From Corallochytrium limacisporum Hawaii (Eukaryota > Protista > Pluriformea): a stretch of DNA of 64,000 nt. The translations under genes were made by a program, and so were the position numbers. Below are positions 12,258 through 24,911 of this stretch, in pieces (within the stretch, counting starts at the first letter, position 1; each line of letters starts with the position of its first letter). The stretch covers positions 94,447 to 158,446 of the forward strand of contig PDIP01000079.1 of NCBI GenBank assembly GCA_002811645.1, given 5' to 3'. The notes beneath the pieces are model-generated. The model ran no database searches, was not told the origin of the DNA, and worked only from the letters and a program-made list of their open reading frames with translations.

Positions 12258-13199
12258 ATGGTTGTAATGTACCCTCGTAAGCCGGTGATTGGCACCGACC
12301 CGGTCGTACACATGCCCCCCAATGCCCATGGCAAAGGAATGTACGCCCGCAAGTCCATGATTGCCCAGGACAACGTTGAATTCATGCCCGGCAGTGTCAG
12401 TATACAAGGTCTTTCCGGGTACAACAGTGAGGAATCTGGGGATCTCGCTTTTCGCCAACAACAGCTGATCAATGGCTTGAAGAACCTGAAGCTCGAGGCC
12501 CAACGCCTCACCGAGACGTACGTTGGAGGAGGAGTTGCAGCAGCAGGCTCTGTGGCCAGTCTGACCGTACAGATTCCCTGCGAGGGATCCAAAGGCCTAG
12601 GAGCAGATGCTTTTGCAGTCTTGGCATTGCTGGCTTCTCTTCCGAATGGATCCGTGCGCACAACCTTCCACGTTGCATCGGACGTTACCGCGACAATGGG
12701 TACTGATGCGGCCCTAGCCCTGACTGAAGGTACCGCCACTGATCGTTTGCGCTCTACTGCACGTCTTTTTGGCTCTGCTCCGTCAATGGCCGGAGTGGTG
12801 CACGTTGGTATCACTCTCGTGCCCGGATCGGGCCCTGTGAGTGCCGTTGGAGACGCCGGATCGCAGGGACCAATTACAGGCTCTGACGGAGTTTTGCGGT
12901 TCCTCTGCCGTTGTATCCCTGACGCGGCCACTCTATACGAATCATCCACCGCTAAAGATGTTACGGCCATTGACCAACAACTTGACCGGATTTTGGGAGT
13001 GAGCAAGAGCCAGGAGAAAGAACTGTTGGCCATTGCCGAGCCGAGCAAGGAGCTCACTGTGGCGGATCTTGCACTCTACGGTCTGATCTGTGCCATCTAC
13101 GGCAGTCGCCCGGAGCAGAGCGGCGGCAACCTGGACGGCAACATCAAGCTCGTCGGATGGTTGAAGCAGTTCACCAACACTCGTTTGACTTTGGCATAA
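12258..13199 (+). CDS. AIMP2: AIMP2/p38-like multi-tRNA-synthetase complex scaffold
   Basis: Colinear with human AIMP2 as recalled: MYPRKP and MYARKS (cf. MYQVKP, MYRLPN), EES..LAFRQQQLINGLKNLK coiled coil, VRTTFHVASDV, VGITLV, PITGSDGVLRFL, and GST-C ELTVADLALY. Confidence 0.8.
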   Translation: MVVMYPRKPVIGTDPVVHMPPNAHGKGMYARKSMIAQDNVEFMPGSVSIQGLSGYNSEESGDLAFRQQQLINGLKNLKLEAQRLTETYVGGGVAAAGSVASLTVQIPCEGSKGLGADAFAVLALLASLPNGSVRTTFHVASDVTATMGTDAALALTEGTATDRLRSTARLFGSAPSMAGVVHVGITLVPGSGPVSAVGDAGSQGPITGSDGVLRFLCRCIPDAATLYESSTAKDVTAIDQQLDRILGVSKSQEKELLAIAEPSKELTVADLALYGLICAIYGSRPEQSGGNLDGNIKLVGWLKQFTNTRLTLA

Positions 13200-13402
13200 G
13201 AAACGCTGTCAGCACAAAGGTAAATAGAACATACATCACCTCCTCCCTTTTGGTTGCATGCATAAATGTACAGACCATAGGTATATTAATTCCATAACAC
13301 ATTTGATGTAATAAACCAATGCTATAACTTGACGCAGTGTTTCTATCTACACAACCATTTTCATGGTTCCCGTGTCTATGCTGTGAGGGGTATTGTGCAT
13401 TC

Positions 13403-13864
13403 CTAGTCAATGGTTAAATCATAGTCCACGCCATGGTCCGCCCAATCAGGGAAGAAGAAACCAATCTCTCGATTGGCACTCTTGCGTGAGTCCGCGCCGT
13501 GGAAACTATTCCGTGTATCGGTAACTCCGTACAGCGCTCTCAGATTACCTGGACAAGTCGTATCATTTCGAGCAAGCGGTGGCTTGGTCTTGCCCAGCAA
13601 TGCTCTCCACCGCACAACAGCGTCATCCCCTTCGATAACCAAGGGCATAATAGGCCCACTACACATGTACGTCGTCAGCCTGGGGAAGAAGAACTTTCCC
13701 TTGTGTTCTGCGTAGAAATCTTCAGCTTCTGGCAGTGTCAGATGCCTTCGTTCAGAGTGAACGACAGCTAGGCCTTGGGCCTGGATCGCATCGAGGGCGC
13801 TGATCACGCTCCGTGGTCGGGCCACGAGGTCCGGCTTGAAGATGGCCAATGTGCGTTGGGTCAT
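13403..13864 (-). CDS. NME6: Nucleoside diphosphate kinase, group II (NME6-like)
   Basis: RTLAIFKPD, FYAEHKGKFFFPRL, MCSGP, WRALLG, YGVTDTRNSFHGADS (catalytic His), REIGFFFP. Confidence 0.93.
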   Translation of the reverse strand: MTQRTLAIFKPDLVARPRSVISALDAIQAQGLAVVHSERRHLTLPEAEDFYAEHKGKFFFPRLTTYMCSGPIMPLVIEGDDAVVRWRALLGKTKPPLARNDTTCPGNLRALYGVTDTRNSFHGADSRKSANREIGFFFPDWADHGVDYDLTID

Positions 13865-14142
13865 TTGAACCTTGTGGATTTTGTTCGTTCTCCACTCTTT
13901 ATGTAAAGTGTAATGGTTTGGAGTTTACTGCCTACTACTTCGTACGTAAAATCACATCCTGTGTTGTAAACTGTAAACGAGTGTCTGTAGTTTACTGTTT
14001 ATCTTATTTTTTTGTTTATTTGACTTCTTTGGATCGCACAGTTGAACTACGAGTTCATGGACATCAAGTACCAAGGCAAATGTTCATGTTGGCCTTTGCC
14101 GAGACATCGCTGTTCCAGTTCACAGTCAGCAGCGTTCAGCTT

Positions 14143-16341
14143 TTATTGCAACAAGGCCTGTAGCTCCGGGATAAGGCCCCGGCTGGACGTTCTGATCGCC
14201 TCGGGAGGGGTGGGTCCCCTGTAAGCCTCGGGCCCAGATACACGGACAAATCGGATCGGACCCTGTGGTAGCGAACTGGATTCAACTTTGTGCTGGAGGT
14301 CTTGGACTGATACCGCTCTCCGGGAGATTTGAGGCTGGTCGTGCTGAAATTGCTGTTGAAGAGTTCTGGGTGTCGGATCCTTTGGGCTTCCCTTCTGCGG
14401 CCGGTGTCGTCTGGGAATGGCCGTGGTACCTAATTCTTTGAGCACAGCTATCTCCCTGCGCAGAGTATGGATTTCTTTGTCCAACTCCGTGATCACCTGA
14501 GCAGGTGTGGGCATCATCATGTCGAACTTCATGCTCAGGTCCTCCCTTCTGAAAGAGTTGCGTTGATTTCCGGGCAGTGCGCGACCGAAACTGGCACCCG
14601 CAGGTGCCGGCGGAGTAACAGACGAGAGTTTGGTGGTGATAGTCGACGAATTATGCTGCGGTGGTCGCTTCGCTGTGGCGTTGGAGTGCGTCGCAGACAA
14701 ACCTCTGCCGAATATCCGACGAATTGGGGTGTCGTCTCCGTAGCCTTTGGGGCTGCGACGGTGGCATTTGGCCGACGACAACGATGGAGGCTCGTTCATT
14801 GCCAACGAAGCTCGCGGTTCCGGACAGCGAGTGGGAAAGGACGTGGCTCTGGCTGGACTGGCACGGAGGTCGCCGTAGGGACGGTTGCCGCGCCCATAGC
14901 CTGCAGAGGGCATGATCGTAGGCAGGCGGGCACCACCATCCCCGGTACCTACTGTACTATTCCTGCTAGTGCTACTTACATCCTCGGGTCGACCGCCCCA
15001 GTAGTCTGCTGTCAATGATGCTGTTAGGTTTGAGTAACAGAGCGTCTCTAGGTCAAGCGTGAAGATGGGCTTGACACTACCTTCTTGACTCACTCCAGAT
15101 AGGGTCCGTTTCGCATCAGCGGCACTTCTAGTTGCACGTGATCGCGCATCGGGGAGCAACGCGCCGTTGATGATCATGTTAGCACCTTCGCCCACTATCG
15201 AGCGCTCGAGGGCGAACTTGTTTGGTGTTTTGCCCAAGATTGAAGTGTTCATCCGCAGCGGTGCTTCTTCCATGCGGTCCCAGCATTGCTGCGGGCAGCT
15301 CTGGTGGGTGCAGAGCAAGTCATCCGCACAATTAGTGTACGTTTCTCGGGTGACTCTGGTGGAACAGTTCCAGCGTGGGCGGTGCGGAATGTCTCGAGTA
15401 CCCGGGGCGTAGTGATCGCGACGAACTGTATCTGCCTTTCCCATTTGCTTTCGTTTACTGTCCATGGGATAACTCTGGACAGGCACTTCAATGTGCGTGT
15501 GCAGCGAAACTTCATGTTCCTTCTGACCGCCTTCCAAGGACGCGGCACTCACCACAGTGTGCGCGTAGTTCCATTCCCCTTCCTTGTTGTTCTCTTCTTT
15601 GGATGCCTCCCGTACATACTCGCTCCCAATGGCCCCTTGGCTGTAGTTCCTGATATCCTGCATGAATAGGGATTGACGTACAGCGGTATTTTCATCAGTG
15701 GCTTTTCTGCGGTTAATACGACCATCCGAGGTCACCGGGCATCCCAAGACTGCCGGCGGCTGTTCCAGTTCGTTGCCAGGCGCGGCTTGAAATTCCTGAG
15801 CCGGAGGCCGGGCCCAGATGTGCTCAAGCTGCTTCTCATCTTGCTGTAGTTGGGGGGAATGCTGCAAGCGGTGATCCTGCAGGTGCCGGCGTAGTTCATG
15901 TATGACGCTCTGTTGCCTCTCCGCCTCCTCCTCCTTGGCCATGAGGCGCTGCAGAAGCTGGTGGATGCGTTCACCGTGAGCGGGTGTGTAGTTGTCTTCG
16001 TCGTCTGTGCAGTCGGAGTTCTGGACCTCGCCATTTTCATCGGGCTGCAGCAGATGATCTTCATCTGTGCCCACGGCGGCACCGCTCGTACTGTGTCCGG
16101 GCTGTTTTTCAACGGCTTGCCGATTCTTGAGGCTGGTAATGTCGTACTCGTCGACCTGATCGCTCCGCTCGTATTTCCTCATCAGCTCTGTGAGGTCTAG
16201 ATTGGAGTACTTAAGCTTCTCTCCCTTTGCATTGTACTTCGGAACCGGCTCCTGGCGGATCTCCTGGGTTCTTTGGACACCCTTCGATTTGGGCTGGATC
16301 TTTGCCGGCGACGTCCATTCGATTGGGTGTCCGTCTGCCAT
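14143..16341 (-). CDS. Hypothetical 732-aa largely disordered protein with two coiled coils
   Basis: Long ATG ORF with coiled-coil segments RIHQLLQRLMAKEEEAERQQSVIHELRRHL and VITELDKEIHTLRREIAVLKEL. No family recognised. Confidence 0.8.
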   Translation of the reverse strand: MADGHPIEWTSPAKIQPKSKGVQRTQEIRQEPVPKYNAKGEKLKYSNLDLTELMRKYERSDQVDEYDITSLKNRQAVEKQPGHSTSGAAVGTDEDHLLQPDENGEVQNSDCTDDEDNYTPAHGERIHQLLQRLMAKEEEAERQQSVIHELRRHLQDHRLQHSPQLQQDEKQLEHIWARPPAQEFQAAPGNELEQPPAVLGCPVTSDGRINRRKATDENTAVRQSLFMQDIRNYSQGAIGSEYVREASKEENNKEGEWNYAHTVVSAASLEGGQKEHEVSLHTHIEVPVQSYPMDSKRKQMGKADTVRRDHYAPGTRDIPHRPRWNCSTRVTRETYTNCADDLLCTHQSCPQQCWDRMEEAPLRMNTSILGKTPNKFALERSIVGEGANMIINGALLPDARSRATRSAADAKRTLSGVSQEGSVKPIFTLDLETLCYSNLTASLTADYWGGRPEDVSSTSRNSTVGTGDGGARLPTIMPSAGYGRGNRPYGDLRASPARATSFPTRCPEPRASLAMNEPPSLSSAKCHRRSPKGYGDDTPIRRIFGRGLSATHSNATAKRPPQHNSSTITTKLSSVTPPAPAGASFGRALPGNQRNSFRREDLSMKFDMMMPTPAQVITELDKEIHTLRREIAVLKELGTTAIPRRHRPQKGSPKDPTPRTLQQQFQHDQPQISRRAVSVQDLQHKVESSSLPQGPIRFVRVSGPEAYRGPTPPEAIRTSSRGLIPELQALLQ

Positions 16342-16990
16342 GCCTTCGATTTACCTTCGTAAGCGTTGATTGCTGCCCAGCGGTTTGAAACTTCTTGGCT
16401 GAGCAGTGGCCTACGCTAGGGCTAGGCAATCAGCGACTGCTGAAAGCTGGGATAGAACTCTGAGATCCGCACGGATTTGATTCACAAAAAAGGCTACTCC
16501 TTGGTTCCAAAACTGTTCCTGCCCCCACTATCCGATCTTCATGGTCTGCGGTTTCAATAGCGCTGTCATTGTTGACTGCCATGACCTATCTATACGCCAT
16601 AGTGCAAGCAATCAGTGTCCACATTGCAGAAAATCTTGAAGTTCATTGTTTGGACTACCTTTAGTCGACGGACCACCAAAGGAAAACATTCCTGTAACCG
16701 ACATGCCTGTGGAATCGAATTTCGGTCTGGTGTCCCTGTGATCTCAGTATCCTTAACATTACTGAAATTTGATCTTGCTCTGTTCAGCGGTCCATGATGC
16801 TCGCAAACATCCAGACCTCAACCTCACCCACTCTCAGTTCCAAATCAGAGCGCTCCGCGAAATCCGGGCCTTTCTCGGCCGCGAACTGTGCGTGGATGTG
16901 CGTGTGTGTGCCCCCGAAGAACGCAACAAAGGAGAGCGGCTGTCTTGAATTATTAGACTCCCTTTCAGGGGGGGGGACCCGGAAGGAACT

Positions 16991-17022
16991 GTGTGTGCGA
17001 GGTTTAAGGGCCTCGCACACAC
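16991..17022. repeat. Perfect 12-bp inverted repeat with an 8-nt spacer
   Basis: GTGTGTGCGAGG-TTTAAGGG-CCTCGCACACAC. Confidence 0.9.
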
Positions 17023-19225
17023 TGTTTGCCCTAGCCACCCCCTCTACACACTCTAGAATCAGCCAGCCAGCCACCTTTGCCTCCTGTGAGGTTTAAGTAA
17101 CTAAAAGGAGGGGAGGGGGTGCAATAAACCAAAGTCTCAGCGGCAGTGGGAGTAGTGAGTGAGTAGCCACCATAGCAACGATTGAGCCCAAAGCAAGTTA
17201 TTTTATATACGGAAGCTACTAATTACAGTACCATTAGAGCTTAATGTAGCAATAAAAGATATACTTATAGTTAAGTGTTTCGGATGGCCGGTGCGTGTGC
17301 TCTCTCTCCTTTTGCAAACCAAGGTGAGGAGAGAGAAAAATGGACTCCCCACCACAAAGTTTATTAAAAAATAAATATCAAAATCCTTGGCAGCAATTAA
17401 TCAATAAAACACAAACTGCTGCCACAGTGATGTCTACACACTGCCATTTCACAATCGCCAGTATATAACAATGTCTGCCGTTTTATGTCAATTACCGTGC
17501 AAAATTAGCACATATTAAGAGTTTTAAGTATGTAGATTAGGGTACACCCAGGGCCTGATGGCGTCGGCGCGAATTATTCTAAGCCCAAGGCTGGGTGAGA
17601 AGGGGGAGGGGGTGAACCCTCGCGTCCGCGCGCCTACCAGCTGCTCATGTTTAGTTTGGGAGCCACGCGCTGAAAACAGGCGCAGTTGTAGCATGATCTA
17701 CAAGTACATGGTCAATGTAACCGAATTGCATGTCCACCCAAACAGAAGTCTTGACCCTACACGAACAGGTGAATCATGACGCCTTTGAACTCTCCAGCTG
17801 AATGTGTACGACAAGAATTGATTGGTGGCGGTGGAGATGAACTAGTTTTCAATGCTGTTGGTACCCCACACTCTGACGTCTTGATGTGGGGCATTTTGGA
17901 GTGATCCTTCCCTTGAACTTGACCTATCTCGGTAAGTGAACAGAAATCCACAATGTCAGCATCTGTTGTCCACGGTGACAAGCTAGGACGGAAAGACGTG
18001 TTGTGCAACGTTACTACTAGCTTGCGGGATAGTGTTGATCACCAACTTCTGACGGGCACAGTTGCATCCAATTTGCTGAACACAGAGTCCACTAGCAACA
18101 TGTAAAGGAAGGACCGTTTGAGCGAGTTGGTAGATGGCCGTGTTACGCCCTAAGCTGTCCTCCAAGGCGTATGTGGAGAATCGAAGCCTACACCACCACC
18201 ATGATCCCCATGACCTGTACACCAGCGGCGCATCCACAGTGACAGCAGTCCTTCACGGGACACAAGGAACATCTAACCCCCATGCATCAGAACACATCCA
18301 GAGCACAGAGTGTTGTTTGCAGTGTATGGTGGAGAACCACATCCACTTCCTGATGGACGACTATACAGCACCGGGTTTGAACAGCTGGCGGTCATTGGCT
18401 CGCTCGCAGGCCGTCGAGATCACACGATATTGGGTTCGCGGTACAACAACTGTGGAGCCTGTCCGATAGGGGCCCTGAATTCCCGCCTCTCTTTCCCACC
18501 TACTGTCTTACCGGCTTTTTTGATTATTGCAGTCCATCCCCGCACGATAAGCAGATTCTAAAACAAAATGGTCAACGGTACCAGCGACATGCTTCCGGTA
18601 CACTGCAGGATCGATACGCTTCCCCTGAGCTCAAGCTCGGTTTTGCGCATATGTGTCAACTTGCCCGAAATCTTCCACAACAACTCCTCGTAGCGCCCAA
18701 TTTGTCGTTGAATTTCTACGGAAGAGCCTTGTGTGCTCCCAAAAATGTGCCCAGCTCTCAGCCCCTTCCCTCCCCCACTTCCACGTTCCCTTCCATTTCT
18801 GATACAGAGCCCTCCCCCGACCCGCTCATCGCCGCAGCTCGAGGGGGGCCCCCAAGCACGACGGGGGTTGGAAACGGTCGGGCGAAAAGGTGGGAGGGAT
18901 AGGCGGGTTAGGGAGGGCGAGAGCTGAACGGGTGCCCTGAGGTTGGAGTGCAGGGTGGGGGCACATGCGCGCTTGGTCTTTCCCCCCCCCCCAATTCCCG
19001 GGCCCCAGTTTAGACTTCGCTCTCACCCTGTCCTGCAAGCGATTCTATACTCAGTGAATGGCAGAATAATTAGGCCCCGGAGAAGCATGCTCTCTGTTTG
19101 TTTCGCGGCGGGTGTTGCCTGCCGGCTGCCCAGTCAACAGTTTTCAACCGTCGGTGTTGGCGGGGTCAGCAAGTCGTGAGCTAAGAAGGAATGCGTGAAG
19201 TAGAGAAGACGAAGGAGGAGGGGGT

Positions 19226-19450
19226 NNNNNNNNNNNNNNNNNNNNNNNNNNNNNNNNNNNNNNNNNNNNNNNNNNNNNNNNNNNNNNNNNNNNNNNNNNN
19301 NNNNNNNNNNNNNNNNNNNNNNNNNNNNNNNNNNNNNNNNNNNNNNNNNNNNNNNNNNNNNNNNNNNNNNNNNNNNNNNNNNNNNNNNNNNNNNNNNNNN
19401 NNNNNNNNNNNNNNNNNNNNNNNNNNNNNNNNNNNNNNNNNNNNNNNNNN
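19226..19450. other. Assembly gap (N) with duplicated flanks
   Basis: AGAGAAGACGAAGGAGGAGGGGGT occurs on both sides, next to a poly-G tract. Confidence 1.
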
Positions 19451-22400
19451 AGAGAAGACGAAGGAGGAGGGGGTGGGGGGGGGGAGGGAAGAGGGGATAA
19501 GAGCAAGAAGAACGAAGAGAGGTTCCGGGAGGAGAGAAGGACGAAGATAAAACCAAACACCAAAAAAGTGAAAAAAGGATGGAGCCATCGTCGCGTTCCT
19601 TTTATCAGCGTTTGACTGCTTCTCTCCCTGTCCCCAACACACCCAAAGCAGCCCACAGCGCACCCCCCTTCCCCCCCGCGGCCGCTCCCCGCTGCGCTCG
19701 GTGTCTCTTCGTTGTTAGTTCGCCTCGCGTGGTTTTTGCTTTAAAGAGGCGTTCTGGTCATACCAGGCTCATAGTTACTGTATTGGAGTACGATTGGGTT
19801 TAAGCCGTTATAGTAGGCGACTGAGCACGGCAAGACCAGATCAGGCCCACTGCGAAGGGGAACCACACGAGTCCATTGCATCGAGGGATAGTGCAAGGGA
19901 GATGGCATGAGCTAAGAATCTTCCTCCCGGGAAATGACTTTGGGCCTGAAATCCGCGGTAACGATTTTAATACTGAACAGGAAAGCGACAGGAACGAGAG
20001 AACGATATCTCGGCCGCCTTTCTAGAATTTTAGAGCGAGACACTGCCGCGGACTTTCCTGTTCTTTCTGTTCTTAACCGATATGGACATCTCAAGGCATA
20101 ATACAGTTAAAGTACGGGGAGACGGCCACGAGGACGGGCTTCAAGAGAATAGTTCTCTTCCGGGGGGGGAGGGGAGGGCGCTGGTGTGACAAAGGAGTAT
20201 CAGATGTGTCCTCTCACCTCCTTTTTTTTTTTTCCTTTTCTCCTCGTCACTGTGCGGTTTTTCTAGGCAAACGATGAAGTCTTGGGTATATCGAGCTCTG
20301 AGTGTTTGGGTTCTTGTTTACGCATCCTTTCCGCGCGGGCATAGGATACGGGTAGAGAAGCTAAGGAACGAGAGAGTGTAAGGATTGCCACTGATCATCT
20401 CACCCACGCCTTTGAATTATTGAACAGAACTCTCTCGGCTTGCTCGGAAATGAAATCTAATGGATTGGGGTGCCTGCTCCAGTCCCATCCCGTAATTAAC
20501 AGTATAGTAAGGACCACGTTACTGTGTTCGCCGAAAACCCTGTACTGAAACTCACTCCCTTACTTCTCTTTCAGCCTGGCGCTTCTCCATTTAGGGAAAT
20601 TGATAGGTATATTGGGTTTCCAGGCAGGTGGAACTTAGCAGAGCACGCACCGTCTGATCTCCAAAAGGTAAGGGATATCGACGTTGATTGCGTGGCAGAG
20701 CGTAAATATTAGTTCCCTTTCAAGACAAGCATCCATCTCATTTGCTCTCCCAGCCATGCAGCATCGGATGTCATCGTCTTGTTTTGGACTGTACATGATG
20801 TACATGGTTCCAAAGTGCTATGATTGTGGGTTCAGATGTCTGTGGATTGTTGTAGATGGCAATACGTCTGTACATTACGGAGATGGGCCCCGAACAAAAG
20901 TGTACAGACAGTGCTCGCTGTGCGCCCCCTCCCCCCCCCCCCCCCCCCGCTCTGGCGCAGATCTTCGGTTGAACCCATTCTGCTGGGCTGAAATCCAAAT
21001 GCTCACGGGTCCCCGGAATGTTGAGGTATGGACCTGTCCATGAAGGAAACAGAATGGATATGAAGATTATGTTTTGACATGTACGGACAGGGAAGAAGCG
21101 CTTGGTGTCATTGCCGAACAGATCACATCAAAACGCCTCTTTCACTCATGGACCCATAAGCCAGAACCTGTACATTGTATACATAAAGTACCGAAAATCG
21201 GAAGGATCAAGAATTGATGGTCGCATGAGCCATTGTACATACAATGACTTCGAAAAATGCATGGATCTATGAATGCCATGCACTGAATGGCCCGCTGGAG
21301 ATAGCCGTTTGCTCCTACTAGGTCCAGCGGAAAAACGACAAGATGTCCACCCCGAGAAGCTTTTGAAGAAATGTCGTCATGAAGAACGACTGCTTCTTTC
21401 ATCCCTTCGGGATTTAGACGGAATGGGGTGGAAACGTGTAGTGATCGCAAACACAGCTGGTCGCAAGCACACACGAATCTCTATCGACCTACAAAATGAA
21501 TGGGTCTCTTTGGCGAATCGTCCTCCACCAGGTGGGTATCCCGCCACCGTCGTGATGGCCGTGGTCGTGATGGCCGTGATCACATGCAAATGAAGAATGA
21601 TTTGTTCTCCGAATCGTAGTGAATTGTATATCGAAGAGAATTCTCCCACTGGCCCAGCTATAGAAAATAGGTACTTACGGTGTGTGGTTGCTTCTCCCGT
21701 GATGATATGGTTTGTGCCAATAACTCAAGCTGGGCGAAGAAACAAGCAAGAAAACGTGGCCAGAGATGAAATTAGCAAAAGCCATTTCATACAGTGGTCC
21801 ACACTCAAATCATTTCTATGGGAAAATTCAAGGAGCAGGAGGGCAGAGTATCCGTGTACCAAGACGTCGAAATCCACCACGGATCGAACGAACTCTTTGC
21901 CCAAGGCATCCAATTCTGCAACAAAAAAAAGACCTGGCTGGCACCGGACGGTGTCCCTGCCCTTCGAGCCACACATGTGCTACACGTTTTCATACAAAGT
22001 GATCCTATCATGGCTAAGTTGTGTTGGACTGGAGATTGCGGCAGCGTCGCTCGAACATACTTAGTGGATCCAATGTCTCGGGTCCTCGTGTTCCTGAAAG
22101 AAACCCATATTGATAAGCCGCATTCAGTACGTTAGAATTAAAGCACCGATGGTTTCAGCCACGCATGGCATTCATGTAAAGCGATGGGACGTTTTGGCTA
22201 CGAAGACAATTAGGGGCGGAATCCATAATATCTATACTGATATATTAAATTTCAGCGGGGAGGGTGGGGCAAATTGATAGCATTGATTTGGTCCCCTTGT
22301 CCGTACCATTAAGGAAGAGTTTAGCCAAGTCATTTTGATCCGTAACGGCGTGGCGGGGTTACCGATCTCAACTCTCGGGGCAAAAGTAATGTTCATGGTC

Positions 22401-22620
22401 AATATGAATTTGACACCCGACCAATGCCGACTAGTCAAATACCTGAAGCTTAGGGATACCAAGACGGGTTCTGGTCGTTGGAGATGAATCACCTTTCCGT
22501 CTTACGTGTTCCCGATCGCTGTCTGGTCCCATTTGATTGTGGGAGGTCACGACGGGCGGACCTAAATCTGAGGACGCTCCACCCACGAATCTTTCAAAAG
22601 CATGCGCGGCCACATGCTCA

Positions 22621-22670
22621 TACACACACACACACGTACACACACGTACACACACGTACACACACAAACA
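22621..22670. repeat. (CA)n microsatellite containing a 10-bp unit CACACGTACA x3
   Basis: Read directly from the sequence. Confidence 0.9.
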
Positions 22671-24863
22671 TACAGAGGCATAGAGGCACACAGACCTTTC
22701 GCCCGCTAGGAAGCACGCCCCACCCCCCATAGAAATCAAAGACACGGGTATCGATTCTGGAGTACACAGCGATTGTACTGAAAGTTTCTCTGTTTCAGTG
22801 GAATTAACAGCAGGGATTGGAGCGCTCTCGAACCCATTGATCACTCACCGTTCGCAATTGCGAACATGGTGCAGCAGTACTCTCCTTTATCTCCATAGTA
22901 AACTCATTCAATTATGTGCAATGCGGTAAGACGTATTGTTAGAGTGGGAGTCCTAGCGCCATCGATCACTGTCATCGGTGGGAAGGTGAAACAAATAGAA
23001 TTATAATGGGAGAGGTGTGACTGTGCCGCTATTCCTAAGGGACTGCACCAAAACACTCAGCGCGGGGCGCGTCTTGCCCGTTTGTCGCACAGTGGAGAAA
23101 GGATTCTGACTGTGCAGGAGGGTTGGCGAAGGGCGGGTGTTTTACCAAAAGGGACCCCCTCCTGAGAAGATCGAGCTCACTTTGGGGTGGAGAACCCCGA
23201 GTGTTGGTGATTGTCTCGTGATTCTGAGTGCACCAAGAACCACTGCGCCTTTTTTTTACTTGTTACCCGTCCCAACAGCGTGGTTCATTGGTGAGCAACA
23301 ATGCACCTGTTTTCTTCACACGGGGCTAACGAACTGCTCTCCCAGTCAACTGCCGCGCCGCCGTATGGCAGCAACGGCAAAAAGCCAACCCACAAACAGA
23401 AAACACAGCGGAGCTGTAAAGAAAACAAAAGGCCCAGCGGATCACTGGTGCAAGCGTGAGTGTGTTTACTTGCTTCAAAAAACCCCCCCCCCCCCTCCCT
23501 CCCTCTCCCTTCCCCACAAATCTTGCTCCTTCCCTCTCAGCCGCAGTCAAGCCCCGAAATTGTTTTCTAAAAACCGCGTTTCCAGTGAATCGCGTTTAGA
23601 CCGATGGGACGGCATACCGCAGTCCTCTGATAAGTCTATAGTCATGGCCCATTTCCATTGTGGTTCGAACACTATCCAACCAGGTGCCTTCCCCCCAAAA
23701 AAAATATAACACCAAGAAGGGATGCCAGTGCTCCATTTCCGGTGCAGGACTCTTTTTTCAAACATTGTATCATCGTTGTAGTAAATCTTAGGTTTCTCCT
23801 TGGGCCGTTCCCGGTGTGTTTGTTTTTGTTTTGGACGGCTCTTAGAACAACTTCGGAGCGACACCAACGCGGGTTGCTATAACGGTAATTCGGTGGTAGT
23901 GGTGACTCATCAAAACTTGCAATTCCGAATTTCCGGACTAAGAAGGTGGACTTCCTTCCTGTTTGACAGGCAGGCAGCAACGATAAACACAGCAGGCGCC
24001 CCAAGAAATGCGGACCAGGCAGTGTTGGGGACAATGCTTTCGGGCGAGCCGCTTTTCAACAAGAGTTTTTGGAACACCACTCCGGTTTTCAGCGGAACTG
24101 GCACAGTAGGCAATGAACCGAGAAGAGTTTGTCCATTCACTGTCCTGGTCAGTCATTGCTGCTTTTGTGGCTTGCCAATTCGCCATGGTCTGTGGGCTGT
24201 GTGGTTTGGAGATTTCGTAGTTCATTCACTATCGAATTGGTTGATATGAAGATTCAGCAAGTTTCCAACAATAGAAAACTTCCTTGCAAATCCCGCTCCA
24301 GTGTCTCAGTTTTTTTTCGGCTGATGAGTGCGTTGTGTCTTTGGGTATTGGGTTTCTCCTTGCCGCAAAGGTCAAAAGGATTTCCCCAACCCTACCAAGT
24401 TTTTTTTTTGGGTGCCCTCTCACCAACTAGCCACAATGTTAAACACAGCGCTGACGGGCGTCACAGAAAAAGTTTCATGGAAGCCGCCAAGCCTCGTCCA
24501 CTCAAATATCTCCACTCACTGCCTTGCCCTCTTTTCCCATAGTGTTTTCTCGTTTAAAAGTCTGGCAAAGGGGCCAGGAACTCTTAGACAGCAAAGAAAC
24601 ACACACATTTTCCACCTGGTGCTGAGTTCCCCATCCTTGCAGTGTGTCTCGCCCTCTCACAGCGACAGACAGAGGTGTGTGGAATCTGTGCTACTACCAA
24701 ACCAAGAAACTCTAACTATTGCCCGTTCGTACACGCCGCTTTAAGGTTGAAGAAATTTCGGCTACTTATTTCACATCACAAATCACACACCGCATACGTT
24801 CCCATGCACACCGTGAATCTCTTCTCCCCCTCCCACCCTTTTCCTGTATTATGCTCTCTATAA

Positions 24864-24911
24864 CCACCACCACCACCACCACCGCGCGCTCTCTCTCTCT
24901 CTCTCTCTCTC
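24864..24911. repeat. Compound (CCA)n-(CT)n microsatellite
   Basis: Read directly from the sequence. Confidence 0.9.

Noticed and set aside
12176-13057. 293-aa minus-strand ORF
   Set aside because: Antisense shadow of the AIMP2-like CDS.
19134-19663. ORFs spanning the second gap and its 24-bp direct-repeat flanks (possible target-site duplication)
   Set aside because: Best explained as overlapping contig ends at a poly-G tract, not a mobile element.
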